A DNA stretch of 64,000 nucleotides from an uncultured virus (IMG/VR IMGVR_UViG_3300031758_009617) (Duplodnaviria; Heunggongvirae; Uroviricota; Caudoviricetes): the IMG/VR virus record IMGVR_UViG_3300031758_009617, one strand, 5' to 3'. This document shows positions 35,033 to 45,453 of this stretch, in pieces. The notes under the pieces are model-generated. The model was not told where the DNA came from and did not search any database. It saw only the letters and a list, made by a program, of their open reading frames with translations. Every line of letters begins with the position of its first letter. Positions within the stretch are counted from its first letter, which is position 1. The translations under genes and the position numbers were made by a program.

Positions 35033-35047
35033 AAAGTTGACGAGAAG

Positions 35048-35119
35048 TACCGCGTATGGGAATCGAACCCATCTTACCAGAGTGAAAGTCTAGCGTCCTA
35101 ACCGATAGACGAACGCGGC
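35048..35119 (-). tRNA. tRNA-Glu(TTC)
   Basis: CTAGA-CTTTCAC-TCTGG. Confidence 0.9.
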
Positions 35120-35156
35120 GTAAGTACTGTAGTTGTCAACTAGCGAACACATATGT

Positions 35157-35254
35157 AATCTAACACAGTGTCCTTCGTTTGTCAAGCCCTACTTTGAAAC
35201 TTTTTGTTGTTTTTCACTATACTTAAATATAATACCCTGGGACTCATTTGTCAA
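35157..35254 (-). promoter_or_regulatory. Two tandem sigma70 promoters driving the tRNA cluster
   Basis: TTGACA at 35180 and 35249 with TAGATT/TATATT at 17 bp; more at 33438, 28227, 26209. Confidence 0.75.
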
Positions 35255-35284
35255 GCCCCAGGGTACGTAGATGTAGATTACACT

Positions 35285-35782
35285 TTACGTCTTTTTGGGC
35301 TTTTTCTTTTTTGTTTCTTGTGCTACTTCTTTGATATTAATCTTTGCACCTAAGGTTGTCAAGACCTCACGCATGTTTGGATACACTTGAAGTAATGTTT
35401 GATCCTTAATGTGGACCATGACATTGGCTTCTTTCCAGTGCATTCCTTCGAGCATTTGTAACCAACTAAGCTCTCTTTTGTGTGTAGGTATTTGTTGCAT
35501 GGAACCTTTAGGTAGAAAGTTTTTTATTCTACGAAATTCCTGACGTGCTGTGGTATGGGAAATACCATCAGGAATGGCTGTTTCAGGCTTATACGTATCA
35601 GGCATACCGTCAGGTAACCCTGATAGTTTTTCTTCAGCAATAACTGCCATACGCATCAAGGGAGCAAATGTAACATCCAAACGTGCAATTTCTCTGGCAC
35701 GATTTACTTGAATTTCAAGTGTCTCACCTTTAGCAATATAATCTAGTTTTTCATTTAACAACATGACCGCTGTTGCTTTCAT
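35285..35782 (-). CDS. Conserved T4-like protein downstream of rnh
   Basis: LPDGMP.Y, KRELSW.QMLEG.H..EA. Confidence 0.7.
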   Translation of the reverse strand: MKATAVMLLNEKLDYIAKGETLEIQVNRAREIARLDVTFAPLMRMAVIAEEKLSGLPDGMPDTYKPETAIPDGISHTTARQEFRRIKNFLPKGSMQQIPTHKRELSWLQMLEGMHWKEANVMVHIKDQTLLQVYPNMREVLTTLGAKINIKEVAQETKKKKPKKT

Positions 35783-35783
35783 A

Positions 35784-36671
35784 TCAGAACTCCGTGATGT
35801 GCTCCATGAGATTCTTCATCTTGTGAGCAATAAAATAATTTAGCAATTGTGATTTATCCCGAACATCCTTTTGAGATGTGAAGTTATTTATAATAGTTTG
35901 GCCAATCTCCTCTGGGATATTTCGCAAGTCCACCAAATTGGCATTACGACGAATGTTTGCCTCATGGGGTGTACCATCCCAATGTGAGATGGGTAGCTTC
36001 TTCCATTCTTCCAAATCCTTTTTACGAATAGGCTTCTGCCGACCACCGCTTACAAACACATCGTCCGGTGAAAGAAAGTTAGGTACACCGTCACCCTTGT
36101 CACCCAATAGAATATGTTCCATGACAATCTTATCAATGCTTTCTTCCGCCTTCACCCACTTCTTGTGGATGGGGCTATACTGCTTCACGTTCTTGTAACG
36201 TTGAAGCTGTGTGAAGTCATGGTCGCCTGATAGGATCAACACAGGTTGCGGGACCATATCAAGACCTTCTTGAACAAGGTCATGGTCCTGTGACCAAATT
36301 ACCAGTGATGCAATAATGTCATCGGCTTCTGCCGTTTCCGCCTCAACAACAGGATAAGGGAAATGCTCGGCAAGTTCCTGCTTGATTTGATTCAACGCCT
36401 CGAAAATGGCATGCCAGTCGAAACCAGAATCATCTCGCGCCTTCTTTCTATTTGCCTTGTAATATGGGAACATCTTCTTGCGCCAATAATGTTTATTATC
36501 ACAGGCAATAACAATTTCCCCAAACTCTTTTCCATACTTCAGCTTATAGCTGCGTAGTGCGTTAATAATCATATGGCGAATAAGTGGCGTACTGATTTCT
36601 GCGTCAGTCCGCCCACGAAGCTCTGCCATGAGAGTGCTAATTGCCGTCTGGCTATAATCTACAATAATCAT
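35784..36671 (-). CDS. rnh: T4-type RNase H (5'-3' exonuclease)
   Basis: IIVDYSQ, YWRK..FPYYKANR, EADDIIA, SGDHDF.QL, GDKGDGVPN. Confidence 0.93.
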   Translation of the reverse strand: MIIVDYSQTAISTLMAELRGRTDAEISTPLIRHMIINALRSYKLKYGKEFGEIVIACDNKHYWRKKMFPYYKANRKKARDDSGFDWHAIFEALNQIKQELAEHFPYPVVEAETAEADDIIASLVIWSQDHDLVQEGLDMVPQPVLILSGDHDFTQLQRYKNVKQYSPIHKKWVKAEESIDKIVMEHILLGDKGDGVPNFLSPDDVFVSGGRQKPIRKKDLEEWKKLPISHWDGTPHEANIRRNANLVDLRNIPEEIGQTIINNFTSQKDVRDKSQLLNYFIAHKMKNLMEHITEF

Positions 36672-36946
36672 GTTACCTCTGTAAGATATATTTCACAATC
36701 AGGAGTGGGATCCCGATGGCAAAGATGTAATGTACGTACTACAGTGTGGTTACCTGAAAGCACTTGATGAGCACAGTCATCACATAAAACATAACGAATA
36801 TGCAAATATTTGTCAAGATCCATGAATTCAGGACGATAGGTTAAACCAATTTGTTCAACCCCCTCATCCTTTTTTCGCTGATAGAAAAGTGCACAACACA
36901 TTGGGATGTTACTATGTATCCCAAAATGATAATGAAAATTATCCAT
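36668..36946 (-). CDS. Cys-rich hypothetical protein
   Basis: IPMCC...LCDDC. Confidence 0.55.
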   Translation of the reverse strand: MDNFHYHFGIHSNIPMCCALFYQRKKDEGVEQIGLTYRPEFMDLDKYLHIRYVLCDDCAHQVLSGNHTVVRTLHLCHRDPTPDCEIYLTEVT

Positions 36947-36949
36947 TAA

Positions 36950-37210
36950 TCAAACAGGAGGATTGAATGAGGACTGGTCCCAATGGGGTTTTGTAAAGAC
37001 ACCTCGACCCACAAGGTCTTCAAATACAGCGAACGTTGCACTATGGCGAGCATTATACAACTCCTTCAATCCAATAAGAATGTTCAAGAGTCGATCCTTA
37101 TCCCGTGCGTTGATATCCATGTTTCCTACCATTGTAGCCACGAGGTCAATATCGTCAGTCACATGCCAGCACTTCATCAACATATCTTCCAAATCAAATT
37201 GTGTATTCAT
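36950..37210 (-). CDS. Hypothetical protein
   Basis: FDLE....CW.VTDDI motif. Confidence 0.65.
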   Translation of the reverse strand: MNTQFDLEDMLMKCWHVTDDIDLVATMVGNMDINARDKDRLLNILIGLKELYNARHSATFAVFEDLVGRGVFTKPHWDQSSFNPPV

Positions 37211-38322
37211 TAGTCAATCCTCAACAGAATGAGATTAGTATTAGTACGTCCAGTCATGTCCTTACACTTTGCACGAATGCCATCAAACCAATTGACCGTC
37301 TGATTCTTTCGGAGCTTCATGATTTCGGGAATTTGTTCCTCGGGCTTACGTAGAATTTTCTCGCAGGTCACCTTGAATCCCTCAATCTTTGTACCCTTCA
37401 CAAACAAACTGTTCTTCAATTCTGCCTCATAGTATCCAAGTCGGCGCTTCTTGGTATCATAGACCCAAATCATATTGGCGCCGATGATATCAACCGGATT
37501 CAAACTCTGAATGTTCAGTTCTGGGAAATCCTTCATGAAGCGAAGCTTGCTTGCCATCTTCTTCTTGTCCACAGGCTTCTTCTTGCGAATACGCTGCGTC
37601 TTGATCCGTGTGGATTGCTGTGAAATGGTATCCATGACCTGAGTGAAAGTATCAATAATCTTTTTGAGATTACGCCTTCCGATATACTTGTATCCCTGGG
37701 CAAGCTGTTCATCGTCACCAGAATATGCCTGAATCCATTCAATCAAATTGCGATTCAAATAATCCTGAATGAGCTTGAGCTGCGGACCCTTGAAATTTTG
37801 TGACAGAATATCTCCCGAAATGTCCTCGGGCGTAGCCAAATTATCTTCAAAGGCATCATCCACGCGGACATCTAAGTCAGATAGAATGGATGCTACTTGC
37901 GCACGGATTCGTTCTTGGATTGAAGGAACACTCCTAACTTTAGTAGATGTTTGGGTGGTAACCTTCTTTCCAGAAATGCCGGTGAACTCCATGATGTAAT
38001 TACGGATATGTTGTGAATCTTTAGACTTCAACGGAAATCCCTGGAGGTGAATTCGAGCAAGAGCACAAATGGTTTTATTCACAAAAGAAAGTTTCCTAAA
38101 TGCTTCAATGTCTCGCTTAGCTGAACTTGAGCGATGCTCACGGATCCACTGCTCCATATATTTCTGATAATCTTTATCAGAAGCACAATAGTTGTGCCAA
38201 TTCAAAGCTTTACTTAACTCAGAATTATATTTCTCTTCCGAAACAAGTTCAGACCAGGTGGGTTCATCGCCCAGAAAAGCTGCCTCTGACGCTGGAGGAA
38301 GAACAGAATGAAGTTTCGACAT
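37210..38322 (-). CDS. Conserved T4-like hypothetical protein
   Basis: ALNWHNY; C-terminal IIGA..WVYDTK.R.L, LRKP, GRTN..ILL. Confidence 0.75.
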   Translation of the reverse strand: MSKLHSVLPPASEAAFLGDEPTWSELVSEEKYNSELSKALNWHNYCASDKDYQKYMEQWIREHRSSSAKRDIEAFRKLSFVNKTICALARIHLQGFPLKSKDSQHIRNYIMEFTGISGKKVTTQTSTKVRSVPSIQERIRAQVASILSDLDVRVDDAFEDNLATPEDISGDILSQNFKGPQLKLIQDYLNRNLIEWIQAYSGDDEQLAQGYKYIGRRNLKKIIDTFTQVMDTISQQSTRIKTQRIRKKKPVDKKKMASKLRFMKDFPELNIQSLNPVDIIGANMIWVYDTKKRRLGYYEAELKNSLFVKGTKIEGFKVTCEKILRKPEEQIPEIMKLRKNQTVNWFDGIRAKCKDMTGRTNTNLILLRID

Positions 38323-38324
38323 AA

Positions 38325-38588
38325 TTAGATGGCAATCTTTTTAAGTGAGTCCCAACGGAACGAACGCCAGGCCTGATTTTCCATGTCCCATACCGGACAT
38401 ACATCAGGATTAACCTTTCGAACTGAGGTTGGAGTTTCAGATTCCTCGCGGGCAGGGATAAACTCCTCATTCAAGGTGCACTTCATCACCCGTTCAGAAC
38501 CGTCCGCCTTGGTGAAGGTAATGTCAATCACTGAAGCACGAAGAATGTTCTTCACACCTTCACGAACAACTGGATCAAGATAATTCAT
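38325..38588 (-). CDS. Sm-like/WYL_2 SH3 protein
   Basis: FTKADGSERVMKCTL...VWDME..AWRSF. Confidence 0.8.
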   Translation of the reverse strand: MNYLDPVVREGVKNILRASVIDITFTKADGSERVMKCTLNEEFIPAREESETPTSVRKVNPDVCPVWDMENQAWRSFRWDSLKKIAI

Positions 38589-38680
38589 ACTGCCTCCATT
38601 TTTAGAGTATACTTAAATATAACACACCGAGGGCAGTTTGTCAAGTCCTTTGTAAGTGCTTATAAATCAACAACTTACCG

Positions 38681-39562
38681 TCATTTAGGCTTCTTTACTA
38701 TACGGAACCAACTACCTGGATTCCAATCTGTATCCATTTTAGTGGTATTGTTGGGGTTAATAGCAGATTCAGATTTGATGGTTTCTGCAAAATTCTTTGT
38801 AGGAGGAATAATAGTTTTAGTAATTTCTAATGGTTTATTCTTCATAGAAATGTTAGCAGCAATCACCATGAGAATTGCCAGTGGGTCAAACACAAAGATT
38901 AACAACAATACAAGTAACCGAACTGCTTTGTCAATAGTACTGGTATCATCTGCACCATACACTAACTGTGCCACATACTTAATAGGCCCTACTTCTGTTT
39001 CCAATTTTCTTTGTCCTAGATTCAATTCTGCTTTCTGCTTCTTCAACTCAGCAATCTTTTGATTGCTTGTGGCAATTACAGAATTTAAATCTGTGCGTTC
39101 CCGGCGTTGACTATTACGTACTTGAATAGCGCGTTCAACCCGACTACTATCATTTAAGTTACTAACTGCTTTGTCTAATTGTTGTAACGTGGTGCGTGAC
39201 ACACTCACGTTGTCTTGTTCAATGGCAATTTGTGCATCCAACAAAGCAATTTGTTCCGAGTTGGCATCCAATCCTTCTGTGCCTTCAGCATAGGCACGGG
39301 TGAGATATCCGAACACACCAATGCTTGTGATGAAACTTAACACAACAATGGCTGAAATGAAATAACTTCGCATGAGGATATTTGTCTTACTCCAAAAACG
39401 ATATATCCATGAAGCAGCAACCAACTTTCCTAGTTCCAACGCGGATCCCATGATACCTACAGCAATGGGTGCACCTGGAAAGATGGCAATCAACCCCGCA
39501 ATGGAAAACCACGCGGCAACTGAACTAATGAATAGAGCTGAGAGTAATGTGATGATTATCAT
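38681..39562 (-). CDS. Membrane-anchored coiled-coil protein (T4-like conserved)
   Basis: AAWFSIAGL, LELGKL, EVGPIKY, FVFDPLA. Confidence 0.75.
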   Translation of the reverse strand: MIIITLLSALFISSVAAWFSIAGLIAIFPGAPIAVGIMGSALELGKLVAASWIYRFWSKTNILMRSYFISAIVVLSFITSIGVFGYLTRAYAEGTEGLDANSEQIALLDAQIAIEQDNVSVSRTTLQQLDKAVSNLNDSSRVERAIQVRNSQRRERTDLNSVIATSNQKIAELKKQKAELNLGQRKLETEVGPIKYVAQLVYGADDTSTIDKAVRLLVLLLIFVFDPLAILMVIAANISMKNKPLEITKTIIPPTKNFAETIKSESAINPNNTTKMDTDWNPGSWFRIVKKPK

Positions 39563-39954
39563 AGCTTTAAATGTTTCTGATGTATTCTACACATGATCCA
39601 TGTGTTATAGAATTTTTCAGGATGTTCTAGGACACCATACTCAAATTGTAACTTTGCTTCAAAATAACTACATTGTCCTTTAGTTTTACACAAACGCAAT
39701 ATCTCACGGCGGAAAGCATCGTGTCCATGGGTAGTAACATCGTGTAACAGTTCTTTATTGCTTCCGTAGTATTCTCGCCAATCGGATTCAACCCGTAATT
39801 TCTTTCGCTTTCCTTTGACAACTTTTCTTCGGGCTGAAGTGAATAACTTTTTTCCAATATATTCTCGCCCTGTTTTAAGGTTAGTGATACGATAGACAAA
39901 TCCTATAATATCATCAGGCACTTCATTGAATTCAACACTTTCATATAACCACAT
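39559..39954 (-). CDS. GIY-YIG endonuclease
   Basis: GFVYRITN...YIGKK; ESDWREYYGS. Confidence 0.85.
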   Translation of the reverse strand: MWLYESVEFNEVPDDIIGFVYRITNLKTGREYIGKKLFTSARRKVVKGKRKKLRVESDWREYYGSNKELLHDVTTHGHDAFRREILRLCKTKGQCSYFEAKLQFEYGVLEHPEKFYNTWIMCRIHQKHLKL

Positions 39955-39989
39955 AGTCTAGCCTCAATCATGAGATACTATACTATTTA

Positions 39990-40721
39990 TTAGAGGTGTT
40001 GAAAGTCTTTTATTGTAATGTGATTATCGTAATCAATCAAGATGGCAGTCATGTTTTCCACCCAGTCACCTGAATTTATATAATGAATACCATCAATTTG
40101 TCTGTTCTCAGGAACGTGAATATGCCCGCAGATAACACCTGAACAATTATGTTGGCGTGCCAGTTTTGTGGCACTAACTTCAAAGTCTGTGATGTAATTC
40201 ACTGCTGCCTTCACACCTGCCTTAATGTCCTTGGAGATGGAATAGTACGGGAGGTTACGCCAGGCACGCCACTTGTTATACAGAGTGTTAATACGTAGTG
40301 CAATTTCATATCCTGTTGATCCTAACTTGGCAATCCATTTCCACTTGGCTACGAATACGTCGAGAATGTCACCATGAAAAATGAAATATCTCTTTCCTTC
40401 ACCTAAATCAAGAATGTAATTTTCTTCGACTTGAAGTTTGCCGAGATGCATGTGCATGAATTCATGTAGAAATTCATCATGATTACCTCGAATCCAAACT
40501 ACAGGTATCTTTCTGGAAATGTCTAATATCTTCGATATCACCTTAGTGTGTTTTGCTCGCCACTTGTATCCTTTTGCGAGCGCCCACCCATCCACAAAGT
40601 CACCATTGATAATCAGAATGTCAGTGTGATTCTGATTTAAAAATTCAAGGAGTTCAGTGGCTTTACAGGCTTCGGTGCCCAAATGAACGTCAGAAATGAT
40701 GATTGCCTTATGATGTTTCAT
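39990..40721 (-). CDS. LpxH-like metallophosphoesterase
   Basis: SDVHLG, GDFVDGW, GNHD, HGD, CGHIH, NSGDWVE. Confidence 0.88.
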   Translation of the reverse strand: MKHHKAIIISDVHLGTEACKATELLEFLNQNHTDILIINGDFVDGWALAKGYKWRAKHTKVISKILDISRKIPVVWIRGNHDEFLHEFMHMHLGKLQVEENYILDLGEGKRYFIFHGDILDVFVAKWKWIAKLGSTGYEIALRINTLYNKWRAWRNLPYYSISKDIKAGVKAAVNYITDFEVSATKLARQHNCSGVICGHIHVPENRQIDGIHYINSGDWVENMTAILIDYDNHITIKDFQHL

Positions 40722-40722
40722 G

Positions 40723-41430
40723 TTAGTCCCAGTAATTTACTGTTGCTTTTTCGAAATGCTTTAAATTATTTCTATTCCAAAAATTAACAGCCATGTATTT
40801 TAACATACCCCAGTAACCCAACTTCTTGAATCTTCGTTCATCTTGACCAAAATGGTGATGAATGATTTTAAACTTCTTGGCATCATATTTCTTACTAAGA
40901 ATATAATCTTCGGATGTATCGTATTTGTTTGGGAACCCTTCAAGTTCTTCAAACTTACTCCGACGAGTCAAGAAGAATGCACCTATGGCAAATGGCGTGT
41001 TCTTGGTCATTATCTTGTTGATAACATTGAATCCCCAAAAGAAGAATGATGCTCTTAAATCTTTCCCATAATTTTTAATATTGGCTGTTATTAAATCTAA
41101 TTTTTCTTCGTGGATGCATTTGACAGCATCAGAAATAGCATGATGATTGAAAAGGCGAACATCGGCGTCTAGGAAAAGGATGTAAGGTGTAGTGACTAAT
41201 TTTGCTCCGTTATTTCTACCTACAGAAACGGGACCTCCTTTGACAATCTCAACATTGAGTTCATCTTTGAAGGTTTTGATGAGAGGAACAGTGGCATCGG
41301 TACTGTCGGCGTCTGCAATAATAATACGAACACCTTCAATGCCATGCTGCTGTAACAAATCTTCTAATAAAGGTACAATATAATTTTCTTCATTTTTACA
41401 GGGGATAACAATGGTGAGTAAATTCTTCAT
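40723..41430 (-). CDS. Glycosyltransferase family 2
   Basis: IVIPCKNE, DADSTD, GRNNGA, FLDAD, ED. Confidence 0.9.
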   Translation of the reverse strand: MKNLLTIVIPCKNEENYIVPLLEDLLQQHGIEGVRIIIADADSTDATVPLIKTFKDELNVEIVKGGPVSVGRNNGAKLVTTPYILFLDADVRLFNHHAISDAVKCIHEEKLDLITANIKNYGKDLRASFFFWGFNVINKIMTKNTPFAIGAFFLTRRSKFEELEGFPNKYDTSEDYILSKKYDAKKFKIIHHHFGQDERRFKKLGYWGMLKYMAVNFWNRNNLKHFEKATVNYWD

Positions 41431-41582
41431 TCCTCATCCTCATCATCAAACTCAAACGTTTCATCTTCATCTAGTGTTTCACCACAGAATGGACAAAACT
41501 GAATGGTGTAATGATAATCATCCATGTCATGCTTAATTGAAAATTCCGCCTCGCATGAAAGGCAACAGAAAACTTTATGCAT
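41427..41582 (-). CDS. Small Zn-ribbon protein with acidic tail (not in ORF track)
   Basis: CLSC...FCPFCG. Confidence 0.65.
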   Translation of the reverse strand: MHKVFCCLSCEAEFSIKHDMDDYHYTIQFCPFCGETLDEDETFEFDDEDEE

Positions 41583-41584
41583 TT

Positions 41585-42262
41585 TTAAAATCCGTAATCG
41601 TGTTGTGAATCAACTTCTACTTCTAACTTAGGCACATCTTTTCGTTCAGCAACAATGTAATAATGATATGATACATGATTGTTTCCCCCAACTGAAATTT
41701 CTGTGTCACTGGTTTGTAGTACGTGTAAGAATTGGTCAGGGTGTGTTGCTGTTAAATGTACTGTGATACTTTCTTTATTCACCAAATGTTGCCAATACTC
41801 AGGAAGAACAATGACATCACTTGAAGTCTTGCCCCGAACATACACCGCCAATTCAGGACCTTCTAAACTACCGTGACGTAATCGTTGATGTTCTTTTGTT
41901 GCGTCTGGGTGTTTAATATCGAATAATTTATATGGCGCCGCCAATGACGCAAAGATACCTAACGGCGCCTGTACCGACGTTGCTGCTGTCACAGTTGTAC
42001 AACCAACGGGACCTGTGATGACACTTGCCGATGTCATGTTTGCAACGAACACACCTGATGCCCCTGACACAACACCCGTCGTTGTTGTATTACCTAAATT
42101 TGTAATGGTTCCTGTTTGGCTAATAATGACAATGGGTAATTCTGAACTATTGAACCATGTGGTAGTGCCGCGCTTTCGTATTTCAATGTTTCGAACACGA
42201 TAGTTTTGATTACCTATAATGACATCTTCGGCATTGTCATTAAAAATAGGTTCGTCACTCAT
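41585..42262 (-). CDS. Probable virion/fibre-associated protein
   Basis: KLFDIKHP..RLRHGSLEGPE..VYVRG...LPEYW..AERKD. Confidence 0.65.
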   Translation of the reverse strand: MSDEPIFNDNAEDVIIGNQNYRVRNIEIRKRGTTTWFNSSELPIVIISQTGTITNLGNTTTTGVVSGASGVFVANMTSASVITGPVGCTTVTAATSVQAPLGIFASLAAPYKLFDIKHPDATKEHQRLRHGSLEGPELAVYVRGKTSSDVIVLPEYWQHLVNKESITVHLTATHPDQFLHVLQTSDTEISVGGNNHVSYHYYIVAERKDVPKLEVEVDSQHDYGF

Positions 42263-42528
42263 GCGGCACCTTTAACAATTTCAATGGCATCTACGTATTG
42301 TTGTTTTGCGTTTGCACCCACAATACTAGTAACAATTTCATCATTCTTGAAAATGATAACAGTGGGTACGGAACGAATATCATATTGCTGTGCAACTTCT
42401 GGTTGTGCATCAACATCTACAGTTTCAAACACAACATCAGGATACTCAGTTGCTAGCCCCGATAACACAGGGGCTAGCATTCTGCACGGAGCACACCAAG
42501 GTGCTGTAAATCTCTTAACGGTAATCAT
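42259..42528 (-). CDS. trxA: Thioredoxin
   Basis: WCAPC, IRSVPT. Confidence 0.92.
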   Translation of the reverse strand: MITVKRFTAPWCAPCRMLAPVLSGLATEYPDVVFETVDVDAQPEVAQQYDIRSVPTVIIFKNDEIVTSIVGANAKQQYVDAIEIVKGAA

Positions 42529-44382
42529 ACAACCTCACATGCGCCGCCGCCACATGCAACTTCACCTTGTAATGAAGTACTGTCGGCTAATTCAACAACA
42601 TCATCTAAATTAATGGCATGTAGTGATGTAATCATTTCTTCGTATTGCTCCTGTGTGATATCTTCAAAGGGTGCTTGAATATATGTATGGTCGCTGTGAG
42701 GAAGAACTGAGAGAGCTGTGAAACTATCACGATTTGCCCACATCCATTCACCCACTTCTTGCCATTCATCAGGCTTGATAGTTACAGTGGTTGAAACATT
42801 ATTCTTATTGGATCCCTTACGATGTCCTGGCTTCACCCATTCCTTCCACACCTTAGATACGCGCTTCAATAAATCAAGAGCACTTTCTTGGCGTGTGACT
42901 GCCCCTGCCGGTGCCTTCTGAGGCACTTCAATTACAGCCTGAATGGTGGGCTTGAAGAATTCATCCTTCAAGTTCAGGATGATTGATGTTCAAGTAGGTG
43001 TAGATGCTTTCATTCTTGCCCACACGAATACGGCGAATGTAATGTTCATTATGCCATGCATGAATGCCAGATGATGTGCCTAGTACTAGGGATGATGTAC
43101 CTTCAGGCTTCACCGTTGTGCATCGTGCCGCTGGGTTCGTACCAATTAAAGCTGCGACACGTTGATTCTCTTCCTTCACCAGATTGGCTGATTCCTTGAG
43201 GTCTAACTTCAGGACTCCGCCAGAAGCAATTCCTGTCATTGATACTCCAATCAAGGCTTCCTTCTCTGTTGTTCTCTTCCATATATCCCTCAAATAGTGA
43301 AAGTCAGTATAACTTGCCTGTAATGTGCCAATGAATGCTGCCGCCTTGGCACGTTCATTTAAATCATTTTGTGATTCAACATCACCTGCGTGAATGGTTG
43401 TTAAGTTACAGAATTGGAATGGACGGAGAGAAATTTCTGCACATGGGTTCATGCCCCAATCCTTGTCATTCGTGAAGAAGAACCCAGGTTCACCTGAGCC
43501 TGATGCTTCAATCTTCTTCCACAAATCCATGAACACTTCCTCTTCCACCATGTGGCGAACAATCACAGCAGAATTGTTGGCGCGACCACGTTGAGGAGCT
43601 GTTTCCCACCAATTACCAAACTTACATGTCAACATTTCTTCATCATCAATGTTGAACAATGAAATCATAGCGGAACGACGAATTCCACCAGCAAGAACAG
43701 CGTCAGCAATGTAGCATAGAATATCGTGGACTTCCAACGTTGAAAGTTTTTCGCCGTTTTCTTTTCTATCAAGAATTTTCTGAACATTATGTAAGCAATC
43801 CTTTAAAGGTTCTGGACCAGGTGCCTTGCCGCCTGATGTAATGAGTTGTGCGCCCTTGGGACGAATATCACTGAAGTCGAATACAGGGTAGGCCTTTCCC
43901 TTCATGTATGCTGTCATGAGCACCTTGATGGCATCCGCCCATCCTTCAATACTATCACCAATCAAATAACGACGATTCTTAATGGGCTTGTTAATTTCTG
44001 GGAGCTTTTCAATGTGATGACGCTGTACTGAATACCCTACACCTGTGCCTGAAAGCAATAGGAACATAACTTCACTAAAGGCATCAACATGGTCAATTGG
44101 TAAGAAACAGCAATTATACAAACGTGCGTTATTAATGGCGATGGGCTTGCCAGCAAATTGTAATGAACGCATTGAAGGGAGCACCTTCTTGTCATAGACA
44201 AACTTATAGGCAGCTTCAATTTCAGCCTGCAACTGTGGAAACTTTTCCAAGTGCATTTGCTTATTTCTATCAACCAATTCAACCCAGTTTTCACGACGAT
44301 TCTTTGTTGGGTCAAACTTTGCATACTTCATGAAAGTTGTAATGTCTGACAAAATCTTTGCGGGTAATTCCATCTTAGTCAT
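42525..44382 (-). CDS. nrdJ: Class II (B12) ribonucleotide reductase, frameshifted near 42965
   Basis: LYNC, GGIRRSA, NPCAE, TTVKPEGT in 42961-44382; YIQAPFE and ACGGGAC in 42525-42971. Confidence 0.85.
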
Positions 44383-44764
44383 CTGTAGTTAGTCCTAGTG
44401 CTCGTTGAATGTTTGGTGGAAAATATGTATCGGGCTTGAGAATCTTGCCATCTTCGCGCTTGATAACCTTGCCCTCTACTGTCTTACTCATATTGGATGC
44501 AGAAATTTCATGCCACACTTGATGCATTGGAATTCCTAAACTATTCGCCAACCCTAAAATAACCCAGATTAAATCACCGCATGCATCTGCCACTTCGGTG
44601 ATGTCAGAATTTTCATATCCTTCTTTTAATTCTTCAAATTCTTCCCGGATCAATTCCATATACAAATCTGCTTGCGGAAGATTTGCATTTAGAAAACTAG
44701 GTTGACGTAATACTTCTTGTCCACATGCTTCCATGAAAATTCCTACGTCAGTTTGCTCTCTCAT
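44375..44764 (-). CDS. MazG-like/PRA-PH nucleotide pyrophosphatase
   Basis: LIREEFEE, EVADACGDL, SNMSK, REDGKILK. Confidence 0.85.
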   Translation of the reverse strand: MREQTDVGIFMEACGQEVLRQPSFLNANLPQADLYMELIREEFEELKEGYENSDITEVADACGDLIWVILGLANSLGIPMHQVWHEISASNMSKTVEGKVIKREDGKILKPDTYFPPNIQRALGLTTDD

Positions 44765-45453
44765 TTTACGTCCTCATTGTGTGAAAAGTTATTTATCATT
44801 GGGAAGATTTCAGCGATTGCCTTGGCACAGGCAACAGCAATCTCACGGTGTTCTTTCTGAGTTGCCGCCTCAGAACGTATATCTATATAGTGAATCCAAC
44901 TTCTCAAGGTGCCATTCACATACATACGTGACTTTGTAAGACCTTCAGGCAGGACAGCGCGTGCAACTTCTTTTGCAATTCCATTATCAAGAGCCCATTG
45001 ATATTGTTCAATGGCTGTTTCCCACACAGCACGTTGCCTTGCCTCCCACAACATTTGCAAATTTTCATCTTGTGTTTCAATGGAATTTTGCCGATTCTTT
45101 AAATCTTGTAAACGTGCCTCACGAATCTGTGGTTCCATATCCAACGAATCAACTGACGCATATCGCTGTGAAAATTCTTGAAATGTGAAACTCCGATGCC
45201 GAAGAATTTGTCGTGCAATATCACGGGTTGTGTCAATTTCCAATGTCATGTTCACCATCTCAAACGGACTCCAATGCTTATATTTGATGAGATAGTTGAT
45301 GAGTTTTTCTGATGACTCTGTGTTATTTTGATTATTGGGATTACTCACTCGGGCGCAAAACGCCACAAGCTCAGTGGGCGTGGCGATAAAATCAAAATCA
45401 TCACATGCAATCGTGTGTGATACGAGTCTCACGTTCATTAGCAGTTTCTCCAT
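44761..45453 (-). CDS. thyX: Flavin-dependent thymidylate synthase
   Basis: HWSPFE, RQILRHRSFTFQEFSQRY, ARAVLP. Confidence 0.95.
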   Translation of the reverse strand: MEKLLMNVRLVSHTIACDDFDFIATPTELVAFCARVSNPNNQNNTESSEKLINYLIKYKHWSPFEMVNMTLEIDTTRDIARQILRHRSFTFQEFSQRYASVDSLDMEPQIREARLQDLKNRQNSIETQDENLQMLWEARQRAVWETAIEQYQWALDNGIAKEVARAVLPEGLTKSRMYVNGTLRSWIHYIDIRSEAATQKEHREIAVACAKAIAEIFPMINNFSHNEDVK

